From positions 13,813,807-13,877,806 of the forward strand of contig NC_134031.1 in the NCBI RefSeq assembly GCF_964204645.1: 64,000 nucleotides of DNA. The letters run 5' to 3'. The notes under the pieces were generated by a model. It worked only from the letters and a program-made list of their open reading frames with translations, had not been told where the DNA came from and searched no databases. Every line of letters begins with the position of its first letter. Within the stretch, counting starts at the first letter, position 1. Source of the stretch: Tubulanus polymorphus. Taxonomy: Eukaryota > Animalia > Nemertea. Below, in pieces: positions 36,926 to 46,113 of this stretch. The translations under genes were made by a program, and so were the position numbers.

Positions 36926-37531
36926 ATGGTAGGTGAAAAGAAAATAAAATCTAAAAATGGTGATGTTCCAATTGAAAAAACTTTAGATAATTTAGGAATA
37001 ACAGAAACAAAATTAACTCCAGATGATGGTGTTTTAAATAATGTTACAACAAATAATAATTATGAATATTATCTTTATTGTAAACATCAATTAGAAATAT
37101 TAATAGCATCTGGAAAATGTAAAAATTTTGTCAGTAAAAATTTAACTTATAATGAATTAGACACAATGAAATCAGATGAAATTATTAGATTATTTAAGAT
37201 TTATGAAGCCGCGAGAACAGCTAGAATTAATGACGCGATATCATAAAATGTAGTAAAAGGTTATAGTAAATTATGTAATTATATACTACCAATTGAAAAT
37301 GAAAATAGATTATATTCCGATTTAAAAAATGACTATTTAGTTATGACTGAATTAAATAAATGGATTGGATATTTATCATTTCAATTAGGTGGATTTATGA
37401 CATTATTATCAACTGGAGTTATAACATTTTCAAATATTGAAAGTAAAAATATTTCTATAATAAATGAGCGAGGTGAAAGAAGTGAAGGAATTAACTGTGA
37501 AGAAAAAACCGAGAACTCAGAAACAAATTGA
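36926..37531 (+). pseudogene. Hypothetical protein split by GAA>TAA at 37244-37246
   Basis: ORFs 36926-37246 and 37343-37531 are one reading frame that is continuous in copy B (42181-42723). Confidence 0.8.
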
Positions 37532-37832
37532 ATGGTCTCGACAATTAGGAATTAAATCACAAGAATATAAAAAAGCTGTAAAAGAAAAAATAAGTAATAA
37601 AAATGTTAATAAAAATGGTGAAAATATTGTTATTTCTACTCCTTCTAATAATAGAATATTTGATAAATGTCTATATTCTACAGTTGGATTTGTAATTGTA
37701 TTCATTTTGATTGGGTGTAATTGGTATAAGAAATCAAATAAAATTCATGATATTAATAATTCTGAAACAAATGCTATCAAAAATGAAAATACTTCTGAAA
37801 TTCCAAAATTGATAATAAAAAAAATGGATTAA
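37464..37832 (+). CDS. Basic protein with single TM segment (122 aa)
   Basis: ATAAATG start; KKKPRT basic stretch; VGFVIVFILIG hydrophobic helix. Confidence 0.72.
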   Translation: MSEVKEVKELTVKKKPRTQKQIEWSRQLGIKSQEYKKAVKEKISNKNVNKNGENIVISTPSNNRIFDKCLYSTVGFVIVFILIGCNWYKKSNKIHDINNSETNAIKNENTSEIPKLIIKKMD

Positions 37833-38317
37833 TATTTTAGAAAAAAAGCAAAAAAAATAATTTTTTTTAATTAATTGAATATTAATTGAATATCTCACTA
37901 CTTTTGTCTATCTATGCGGAGCAATTAAATTGTCCAGATAAGTCATTTCGGATTCTAGATATTCATTATTTTTATTATTTTATTTTGTTTTTACTTGAAT
38001 ATTGTATTACAGTCGTTTCTTATTATTAGTTTTTTCTTAAATTGAAAGATGGCAGCACTGGGTGTGATGCTAAAATGAATATTTGAATTTGAATTTGAAT
38101 TTGTTAATCAATTAACATAGTAATTGATCACTAATTTGATTAAAAATTATATCATAATGAAGTTAAAAATACATAATTCATTTATCAGTTTCATTCTTAC
38201 ATTCTTTTCATTCAGAATAATTTATAATTTCAAATTTCACATATTTTTTTAACACCAACAACATTTACTTAGGTGTTTTAGCTAAGTATATAAGGTAATT
38301 CATTCAACCACTAGAGT

Positions 38318-38600
38318 GCCGCCGGGCTTGGCTTGCAGGGGCATTTCGAAAATGCACCTTTGCTCCGTGGTTCTCCTTCAGTTTCGACTTTCGATCCTCC
38401 TTTCGGGGGTAAGGGGTTGATAGGAAATGCATCAGGCGCCTTTAATATAATGTGTTTCCTGTCAACCATTGAAGGAGAATTGGTGAGGTGTGGGTCACAG
38501 GGGTGTAAGTAGAAGTGCTTGGGGATAGGTATCTCGTGGCGCCTCTCAATAACGGGATGCTTATCCCCTAAAAACTCTGCGAGTCAAGACGGGTGGTTTT
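38318..38600 (+). ncRNA. Putative structured non-coding RNA (~280 nt), possibly a Pol III transcript
   Basis: GC-rich ORF-less island with nested helices whose mismatches are G-U wobbles on the + strand; TATATAA at 38287; first TTTT at 38597-38600. Confidence 0.7.
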
Positions 38601-38940
38601 GCTAAAACTTACCATAAAAACATTGAAATATTCCTTTTAATCACGATAGAATGATGACTATCCTCCTGTTGTCACGGTTGAGCTAATTTAAATAAACCTC
38701 GTTTTCAGCAACTAATGAAAACGTAGTAATTCAATACCAGCTAACTGGCTTGTGTGTGTTGTATGTACTGTGTGCTTATTATATAACAACAACGTTGTGC
38801 AACACCTGTTTGATTGATAAATATTCAAATGAAGCACTCTCTTACAATAATATGTAACAGATGTACTGTATGATTATAGTTGTTTATAAAACGACTAAGG
38901 TCATTTTGGATTCTAGATATTCATTATTTTTATTTCTTAT

Positions 38941-39267
38941 TTAATCAACAATTTCTAAATCATGATGACCGTCTTCATTTTTCCCATGATATATTATTTT
39001 AAATCCTACTAAATCTTTCAATTCCTCCATACTCAATGAAACCCATTTATCGGGTAAAAACACTTTAAATTCTCGTGATGTACTAACATTACAGTAGCTT
39101 AAATTAGCTGATACTTTCTCTCCATATTTAGTTTTTATCTTTTCTAATTTCAATATTTTATGTTCAATTTCTTTTGTAACATCAACTAACTTTTTTATTT
39201 CAAATTGTTTTTTTGCTGGTTTTATTCTGTTATTTATTGTTGCTAAGAATGCTTTTCTATCTCCCAT
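38941..39267 (-). CDS. 108-aa terminal protein (possibly OB-fold ssDNA-binding; unverified)
   Basis: Start codon inside right TIR; nearly identical in copy B; TKYG...VFLP beta-rich pattern. Confidence 0.7.
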   Translation of the reverse strand: MGDRKAFLATINNRIKPAKKQFEIKKLVDVTKEIEHKILKLEKIKTKYGEKVSANLSYCNVSTSREFKVFLPDKWVSLSMEELKDLVGFKIIYHGKNEDGHHDLEIVD

Positions 39268-39352
39268 TTATTAGGAAAAAAAATTACTTGTGGTGATGAG
39301 TGGTGTCTCGCCCTCACGCCCTCTGGCCTGAAACCCCACTTTTCTAATTACT
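39263..39352 (-). repeat. Right TIR of element A
   Basis: Reverse complement of 21898-21987; followed by TSD TATAAT. Confidence 0.95.
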
Positions 39353-39846
39353 TATAATCGAACTTTCGATCTAATGCTACGACATGGACCCGTGCATAAA
39401 TATCGTTTTAGAGTCAAATGATCGACCCTGATTCCTCCCCCCCCCCCCCAATTTATATCTTCTTGAGTAGGTGCATGCACCCGTAGGTCATAGTTTTTTC
39501 ATACTCTTCCATTGGTATGACTGGTGACATAGTAATGCAATTAGAAGAATCAATTAGTCAATTCCCACATTTTGAAAGACTTTTATAATGCGAGACTGTG
39601 CGCGGCAGCACAGGCAGTTAGCGCGATTGGCTTGGGATACATGCGTTACTGGTTTCTTCGAAAGTTCCACTTGGGCCCAATGGAATGAAGGTTTGAACCA
39701 GATTTGATGCGATATCACTTTCGATGGCACTATTTGGGTTTTGCGCTGTGATAGATGGCTGCGCTATTTGCGTACGGTTTCACTTTCACAAAGGCAATAT
39801 TTCGAATATTTCCCCAGGTTTTATACGTACGGTTCGGACGGAGTTT

Positions 39847-40037
39847 CAATGCGCACTTATTCTTTTCCAGTATTTAGTATCAATTTTTTCTAGTTTTTCA
39901 ATATGATATTCATCATCTTTTGATAATTTATCTAATTTTTTAAATGTAAATTCTAATTTTTAGGCGCGAATCTTGCATTTAATTTATTCAATTTCTTTGA
40001 TTTCATTGCTTTTCCCTTTGGTTTGTTTCCTCTGCAT
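39847..40037 (-). pseudogene. Decayed homolog of the 108-aa terminal gene, from an older related element
   Basis: ATAAATG start at 40037; frameshifted peptides LNKLNARFAPK and LEFTFKKLDKLSKDDEYHIEKLEKIDTKYWKRISA align to LATINNRIKPAKKQFEIKKLVDVTKEIEHKILKLEKIKTKYGEKVSA. Confidence 0.75.
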
Positions 40038-40240
40038 TTATAAAGAAAGAAATTAACCTACCCTACCTCATTTCTACGTATTTTACCTACCGTACCTCAT
40101 GCATATCTACCTAAATATATTTTAATCGAATTAGATTTATCAAATTCAATACAACATTTACAATTCTTGATATTTTATATTGAATTATATAACGAATTAA
40201 AGGCAATAACTGCTTACATTGATCACAATATTTATAATCA

Positions 40241-41208
40241 TTTTTAGCCCACTTGCGACTTAAGCCTATTGCGTTCACTTTTCGTCCGTCTGTCCGTAGA
40301 CGGAATCCAGTTATTTTGGGAAGTTTTGAAGACGCTTCAAGGTAATGTCTTGATATTTGGGTTAAACATGTATCTACACTAGACACATCTTCAACCCAAA
40401 AACTGGCCCTGTCAGAATCAAGATGGCCGACTGGCAGCCATTGTTGTTCGTCAACATCAGCACTTTTTACACAGTTTTGAACTTTTTGAGGAAAATTTTG
40501 TAGACGCATTGATCAATTAGCTTGATCTGTCGTATATATTTGAATCTTCCAAAAGCCCATTCCAGCGTAAGAAAAATTGGGTCGATCGGACTCAAGATGG
40601 CCGTCCTATGACATTTTTAGTGGCCAAAATTGTCGATTTTGGCCCGAATTCTGAGTCCTGAAGCTTCCTACTGGTTTGCCATTTCTCATTGCAATTTGTC
40701 ATTGGTACTCTTTGGAAAGGGATGTTTTATACCTGAGAGACAGGTACGTATTTTTGATCAGCCAATCATGACGCCATTGGCGGCCATCTTGGTGTTGTCA
40801 GTACTCTTTCGTAGGTGGAAAAACGTTTTTTGACATTATATTGATACCTAAGCATATTTTGTTACCACTGGTTTTAAGGACATTATTATATTTTATATGG
40901 TCACCAGGGCGCGTTGAATAGTAGAATAATTTAGTATTTCCTTATTAGATTGGTACCTAGGCATATTTTGTTACCATGATCGATTACAAATTTGTTGCTT
41001 ATGACATGTTCTATGATTGTGGTTAGTTTCAAGGTCATTGGGTTTCGCATATGGTCACCACGGGGCGTTGAATAGTAGAATTACTTAGTATTTCCATATT
41101 AAAATGGTAACGAGGCATATTTTTTATCACAATCAATTACAAAATCTGCTGACACGTTCTATGATTGTGGTGAGTTTCAAGGTCATTAGTTTTTGTATAT
41201 GGTATATG
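40241..41208 (+). mobile_element. HINE copy 3, 5' part (interrupted by Polinton B)
   Basis: Same 5' end and tandem block as other copies; sequence resumes at 57616. Confidence 0.85.
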
Positions 41209-41329
41209 AGTAATTAGAAAAGTGGGGTTTCAGATCAGAGGGCGAGAGGGCGAGACACCACTCATCACCACAAGTAATTTTTTTTTTCCTACTCATCACC
41301 ACAAGTAATTTTTTTTCCTAATAAATGGG
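41209..41329 (+). repeat. TIR of element B with internal ~30-bp tandem duplication
   Basis: Matches 57526-57615; ACTCATCACCACAAGTAAT(T)nCCT occurs twice (41260-41290, 41291-41319). Confidence 0.92.
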
Positions 41330-41651
41330 AGATAGAAAAGCATTCTTAGCAACAATAAATAACAGAATAAAACCAGCAAAAAAACAATTTGAAATAAAAA
41401 AGTTAGTTGATGTTACAAAAGAAATTGAACATAAAATATTGAAATTAGAAAAGATAAAAACTAAATATGGAGAGAAAGTATCAGCTAATTTAAGCTACTG
41501 TAATGTTAGTACATCACGAGAATTTAAAGTGTTTTTACCTGATAAATGGGTTTCATTGAGTACGGAGGAATTGAAAGATTTAGTAGGATTTAAAATAATA
41601 TATCATGGGAAAAATGAAGACGGTCATCATGATTTAGAAATTGTTGATTAA
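41325..41651 (+). CDS. 108-aa terminal protein, copy B
   Basis: One substitution relative to copy A. Confidence 0.7.
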   Translation: MGDRKAFLATINNRIKPAKKQFEIKKLVDVTKEIEHKILKLEKIKTKYGEKVSANLSYCNVSTSREFKVFLPDKWVSLSTEELKDLVGFKIIYHGKNEDGHHDLEIVD

Positions 41652-41776
41652 ATTTAAAAAAAAATAAATTAATAAAAATAATGAATATCTAGAATCCGAA
41701 ATGACTTATCTGGACAATTTAATTGCTCCACATAGATAGACAAAAGTAGTGAGATATTCAATTAATATTCAATTAA

Positions 41777-42184
41777 TTAAAAAAAATTATTTTTTTTTTG
41801 CTTTTTTTCTAAAATATTAATCCATTTTTTTATTATCAATTTTGGAATTTCAGAAGTACTTTCATTTTTGATAGCAGTTGGTTCAGAATTACTAATATCA
41901 TGAATTTTATTTGATTTCTTATACCAATTACACCCAATCAAAATGAATACAATTACAAATCCAACTGTAAAATATAAATATTTATCAAATATTCTACTAT
42001 CAGAAGGAGTAGAAATAACAATATTTTCACCATTTTTATTAACATTTTTATTACTTATTTTTTCTTTTACAGCTTTTTTATATTCTTGTGATTTAATTCC
42101 TAATTGTCGAGACCATTCAATTTGTTTCTGAGTTCTCGGTTTTTTCTTCACAGTTAATTCCTTCACTTCTTTCACTTCGCTCAT
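41777..42184 (-). CDS. Basic single-TM protein, copy B (C-terminus altered by an A-run indel)
   Basis: Homolog of 37464-37832. Confidence 0.68.
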   Translation of the reverse strand: MSEVKEVKELTVKKKPRTQKQIEWSRQLGIKSQEYKKAVKEKISNKNVNKNGENIVISTPSDSRIFDKYLYFTVGFVIVFILIGCNWYKKSNKIHDISNSEPTAIKNESTSEIPKLIIKKWINILEKKQKKNNFF

Positions 42185-42723
42185 TTATTATAGAAATATT
42201 TTTTACTTTCAATATTTGAAAATGTTATAACCCCAGTTGATAATAATGTCATAAATCCACCTAATTGAAATGATAAATATCCAATCCATTTATTTAATTC
42301 AGTCATAACTAAATAATCATTTTTTAAATCGGAATATAATCTATTTTCATCTACAATTGGTAGTATATAATTACATAATTTACTATAACCTTTTACTACA
42401 TTTTCTGATATCGCGTCATTAATTTTAGCTGTTCTCGCGGCTTCATAAATCTTAAATAATCTAATAATTTCAACTGATTTCATTGTATCTAATTCATTAT
42501 AAGTTAAATTTTTATCAACAAATTTTTTACATTTTCCAGATGCTATTAATATTTCTAATTGATGTTTGCAATAAAGATAATATTCATAATTATTATTTGT
42601 TGTAACATTATTTAAAGCACCATCATCTGGAGTTAATTTTGTTTCTGTTATTCCTAAATTATCTAAAGTTTTTTCAATTGGAACATCACCATTTTTAGAT
42701 TTTATTTTCTTTTCACCTCCCAT
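42181..42723 (-). CDS. Hypothetical protein (180 aa), copy B
   Basis: Continuous homolog of 36926-37531. Confidence 0.75.
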   Translation of the reverse strand: MGGEKKIKSKNGDVPIEKTLDNLGITETKLTPDDGALNNVTTNNNYEYYLYCKHQLEILIASGKCKKFVDKNLTYNELDTMKSVEIIRLFKIYEAARTAKINDAISENVVKGYSKLCNYILPIVDENRLYSDLKNDYLVMTELNKWIGYLSFQLGGFMTLLSTGVITFSNIESKKYFYNK

Positions 42724-42754
42724 TTATAAAACAAATAAATTAGTTGTGTTGTTG

Positions 42755-43027
42755 CAACTAGAATTCAACTAGAATTCAACTAGAATGTAACTAGAATTCA
42801 ACTAGATTAACAAGCTAGTTGAAATATTGTTGTTTTTGTTTATTTCTTGTTAAATCTAGTTGATTTTTGTTTCAACTACTAACAACTAGAATTCAACTAG
42901 AATGTAACTAGAATTAGACTAGATTGACAAGCTAGTTAAAATATTGTTAAATCTAGTTGATTTTTGTTACAACTACCAATAACTAGAATTCAACTAGAAT
43001 TCAATTAGATTAACAAGCTAGTTGAAT
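42755..43027. repeat. AACTAG/CTAGTT repeat array, copy B
   Basis: Counterpart of 36642-36895 with a different unit number. Confidence 0.85.
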
Positions 43028-43636
43028 TTAAATAAATTCATATTTAAATGGGTGTTGTAATCTAAATAGTAATTTTGATCTTTTAATATTTTTCAACTTA
43101 TCCATATATTCATTATGTAAATCATGTGGAATAATATCATTTTCCTCAAGTGCATTTTTCATTGATTTTCTATCTTTATTGTAGAATAAAACTAGAAATC
43201 TTATATTCTCTCTAAAATCTTTCACAATTGAATTATATTTTTGATTTAAAACCCAAGTTGTTATCCCAAAATGTCTCCCAGAGAAAGCTAAATAGCATAA
43301 CTCACTTTCTCTAATTTTTGAATCATGTAAATTTGCACAATCATCTATGATAAATAATGTATTTGATCCTTTATAAATATCAATTGCTATTTTTATACAA
43401 TTATCTAAATTTTCTTTTACTGTTTTAGGATCTAATATAATAAATTTATTATTCCTAGTAATATTTCTATCATAAGTTTGATTAAATTCATATGTTGGAC
43501 AAAATAATACTATATTATCAAAATAGTTTTTGTAAACAGTTTCTAATAAATTTAATATGAAATAAGTTTTTCCACAATTTGTTACGCCAGAAATTAACAT
43601 ATTATGAGGCTCAAATATGAATAATTCCTTATTCAT
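43028..43636 (-). CDS. A32/FtsK-like packaging ATPase, copy B
   Basis: Walker A/B and GRH motifs intact. Confidence 0.93.
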   Translation of the reverse strand: MNKELFIFEPHNMLISGVTNCGKTYFILNLLETVYKNYFDNIVLFCPTYEFNQTYDRNITRNNKFIILDPKTVKENLDNCIKIAIDIYKGSNTLFIIDDCANLHDSKIRESELCYLAFSGRHFGITTWVLNQKYNSIVKDFRENIRFLVLFYNKDRKSMKNALEENDIIPHDLHNEYMDKLKNIKRSKLLFRLQHPFKYEFI

Positions 43637-44764
43637 TTATATATTTTTAATTTTACTTGATAATATCCATTCATTGAATTTATCTGGCCATCCAACCCAT
43701 TTTACTAAAGAATATTTTTTTCTTTTAATAGTTTTTGTTTTTAGTACTTTTTCAATTTTATATTCTTGTTCTATATTTTCAGTAGTTAAACTTAATTCTT
43801 CTTCATAAAAATATCCATCAACTTCTTCACCATCTAAATCTTCTAATTTATAGACATATGGTTTAGTTGTTATTACCTTTTTTATTTTATATATTTCTCT
43901 AGTAAAATTTCGATCGTATCCTTTATCAAATATCTTTTTATACTTAGAAATTCTAACATTTTGACCAACTTTAAATTTAGGTTCACCAAAATCATCTACA
44001 AGAAATGCTCCATATAAATTATTCCAAACAATTTCAGCATTTTCAGGTTTTCTAGCATCAATAGGTTTCATTCCAATAGAAGAATGATAAGAATTATTAT
44101 ATCCTTCTATCAATTTTGGTAAAACATCAATCCATTTAAAAGTATTATTTGCTGTAAAATATTTCCACATTCTTGTTCTTAATGTTCTATTAAATCGTTC
44201 AACAACTGCTGCTTTTTTATCCGATTTTGTTGAAAAATATTTAATATTATGAAAATCTAAAAGTCCATGAACAAGTGAATTATCAAATTCTTTTCCATCA
44301 TCAAATTGTATTTTTTCTGGTTTTAGTTTATCATCCGAAAGAAATTTTCTTAAAACATTTGATGTTTGTACAGCATCTTTTCTATAAAGTGGGAAACTCC
44401 ATACATAACGACTAAAAATATCAATTATATTCAATAACCACCAATAATCATCATTATCTTTCTTAACATTTTTCATATCAATTAAATCTCCTTGCCACTG
44501 TTGATCTACATAACTTACCATAGTTTTACGAGTTTTATATTTTCTAACAATTTTTTTATGTGTTGTATATGTTGGTTGTTCTAACATAAATTCATTTATA
44601 TCTTTATATTTAACTAAATTTTGTGGGATTATCTTATCTAATTTATCTTGTTTTACTTTACGCCATATATTTTTAGTAGAAGAATAAGCAACCGAACTCT
44701 CAGGGTTGTAATATAAATTTCTTAAATATTGTTCTTTAATATTAGGAGTTTTTTTACCACTCAT
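43637..44764 (-). CDS. rve integrase with chromodomain, copy B
   Basis: DDE motifs and chromodomain intact. Confidence 0.95.
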   Translation of the reverse strand: MSGKKTPNIKEQYLRNLYYNPESSVAYSSTKNIWRKVKQDKLDKIIPQNLVKYKDINEFMLEQPTYTTHKKIVRKYKTRKTMVSYVDQQWQGDLIDMKNVKKDNDDYWWLLNIIDIFSRYVWSFPLYRKDAVQTSNVLRKFLSDDKLKPEKIQFDDGKEFDNSLVHGLLDFHNIKYFSTKSDKKAAVVERFNRTLRTRMWKYFTANNTFKWIDVLPKLIEGYNNSYHSSIGMKPIDARKPENAEIVWNNLYGAFLVDDFGEPKFKVGQNVRISKYKKIFDKGYDRNFTREIYKIKKVITTKPYVYKLEDLDGEEVDGYFYEEELSLTTENIEQEYKIEKVLKTKTIKRKKYSLVKWVGWPDKFNEWILSSKIKNI

Positions 44765-44794
44765 TTATATATCCTTAATTTTAACTTTATATTT

Positions 44795-46042
44795 CTAATA
44801 TTGAATACTATCTAATTGTGAATTTACAATATTTAATTGTGCGTCAGATATAATATAAATATGCATTTTAAAATTTTTGATTCCTTTATTCTTTTTCATG
44901 AATAATTGTATTCCATCTTTTGTATTTTGTAGTTTTTTTCCAGAACCATGTAATGAATTATCTTCAGTTGTTCTAAAATCTAACCATAATGCATATTTAT
45001 TACCGGTATAATAATCAATTTGATTAATATTACAATTTTCAAATGATTTTATTTTTTCATTCATAAAATGTTTTTTAATTTCTACCCATTGATCAATCAT
45101 TCTCATTCCTTGACAAAATATTTTATTCGCTATTCCTTCGATAGTTATTTCTACTTTTGTTATTTCAGGATTATAATAATTATCAACATTTATTGCGCCA
45201 TTAGTATACGTTCCAATGGTAAAAAATATTAATATACCTTTAATAGATCTTCTAGGGAAGTTAATATTCACATTAATTATTTCATCATTTGCATTAATAG
45301 TTACAGTTTTAAATTTATCAATATAATCATATAATAATGAAAACCCTTGATTATATTTAGTTTGAATTATACTTGAAATATTTTCATCAGTTACTATATC
45401 ATATTCTAAACATATATTCGATAATTTATAACTCATATCTTTATTAACGCTAGATATTACGATTTCATTTACAGGAGCAAATGTTATCTCAAATATAATA
45501 TCTTCTTGAATTGCGTATTTATATAAAGGTGCATTATTATTTATCAATTCAAAGTCTAATGGAATTTTATATTTGCTTCCATATATACTTTTTATCAATT
45601 TATCTACATCATTTGTTAATATTGCGCTATTAGCTTCTGATCTTAATTTATTTTGGTTTTCTGATTGAATACCCTGAAATATCATATTATTTCTATTTTC
45701 TTTAGTTAACCATAAATCTTTATAATGCATAAATAAATTATAATCATCTAATGAGAAAACTGTTTCCGGACCAATCTTTATTGTTAACTTTTTAATCAAA
45801 TATCTTCCAACATTATCAACGACATAATTATTATTATTACCGATTACTTTTATATCGGCTGATAAATAAATACTATTTGGAACATAAAAAGTATTTTGTG
45901 TTAATCTAGGGATTTTAACGTATAAAGTTTCATCGGGATTAATATTTGAAGGGTTATGAGTAATTATATGATGTGATCTTTCTGCTTTAATAGCATTAGA
46001 TATTCTATGATTCTTCGAAGGACTTATATAACTCCCACTCAT
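44795..46042 (-). CDS. Probable major capsid protein, full length (415 aa), copy B
   Basis: Homolog of 33627-34853 with intact C-terminus. Confidence 0.74.
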   Translation of the reverse strand: MSGSYISPSKNHRISNAIKAERSHHIITHNPSNINPDETLYVKIPRLTQNTFYVPNSIYLSADIKVIGNNNNYVVDNVGRYLIKKLTIKIGPETVFSLDDYNLFMHYKDLWLTKENRNNMIFQGIQSENQNKLRSEANSAILTNDVDKLIKSIYGSKYKIPLDFELINNNAPLYKYAIQEDIIFEITFAPVNEIVISSVNKDMSYKLSNICLEYDIVTDENISSIIQTKYNQGFSLLYDYIDKFKTVTINANDEIINVNINFPRRSIKGILIFFTIGTYTNGAINVDNYYNPEITKVEITIEGIANKIFCQGMRMIDQWVEIKKHFMNEKIKSFENCNINQIDYYTGNKYALWLDFRTTEDNSLHGSGKKLQNTKDGIQLFMKKNKGIKNFKMHIYIISDAQLNIVNSQLDSIQY

Positions 46043-46113
46043 TTATTTAACAAAAAAATTAATTATTTATTTTTTGATATCATGGTTTACTTGATATTTT
46101 TTGATATCATGGT

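Larger units (their letters stand above)
21898..39352 (+). mobile_element. Polinton/Maverick-type endogenous virus, copy A (17,455 bp)
   Basis: AGT...ACT termini, 90-bp TIRs, 6-bp TSD TATAAT (21892-21897, 39353-39358), pPolB, rve integrase, packaging ATPase, capsid genes; much more AT-rich than host DNA. Confidence 0.97.

Noticed and set aside
38318-38600. 7SL/SRP RNA, tRNA or MITE identity for the structured island
   Set aside because: Only GCCGGGC resembles the 7SL start and I see no SRP helix-8 motif or cloverleaf; multibranch nesting with strand-specific G-U pairs does not fit a MITE. An Rfam search is still needed.
21898-39352. Bacterial or phage contamination suggested by AT-rich intronless genes and an intein
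   Set aside because: Clean TSD-flanked junctions with intron-containing animal DNA and a eukaryotic chromodomain integrase.
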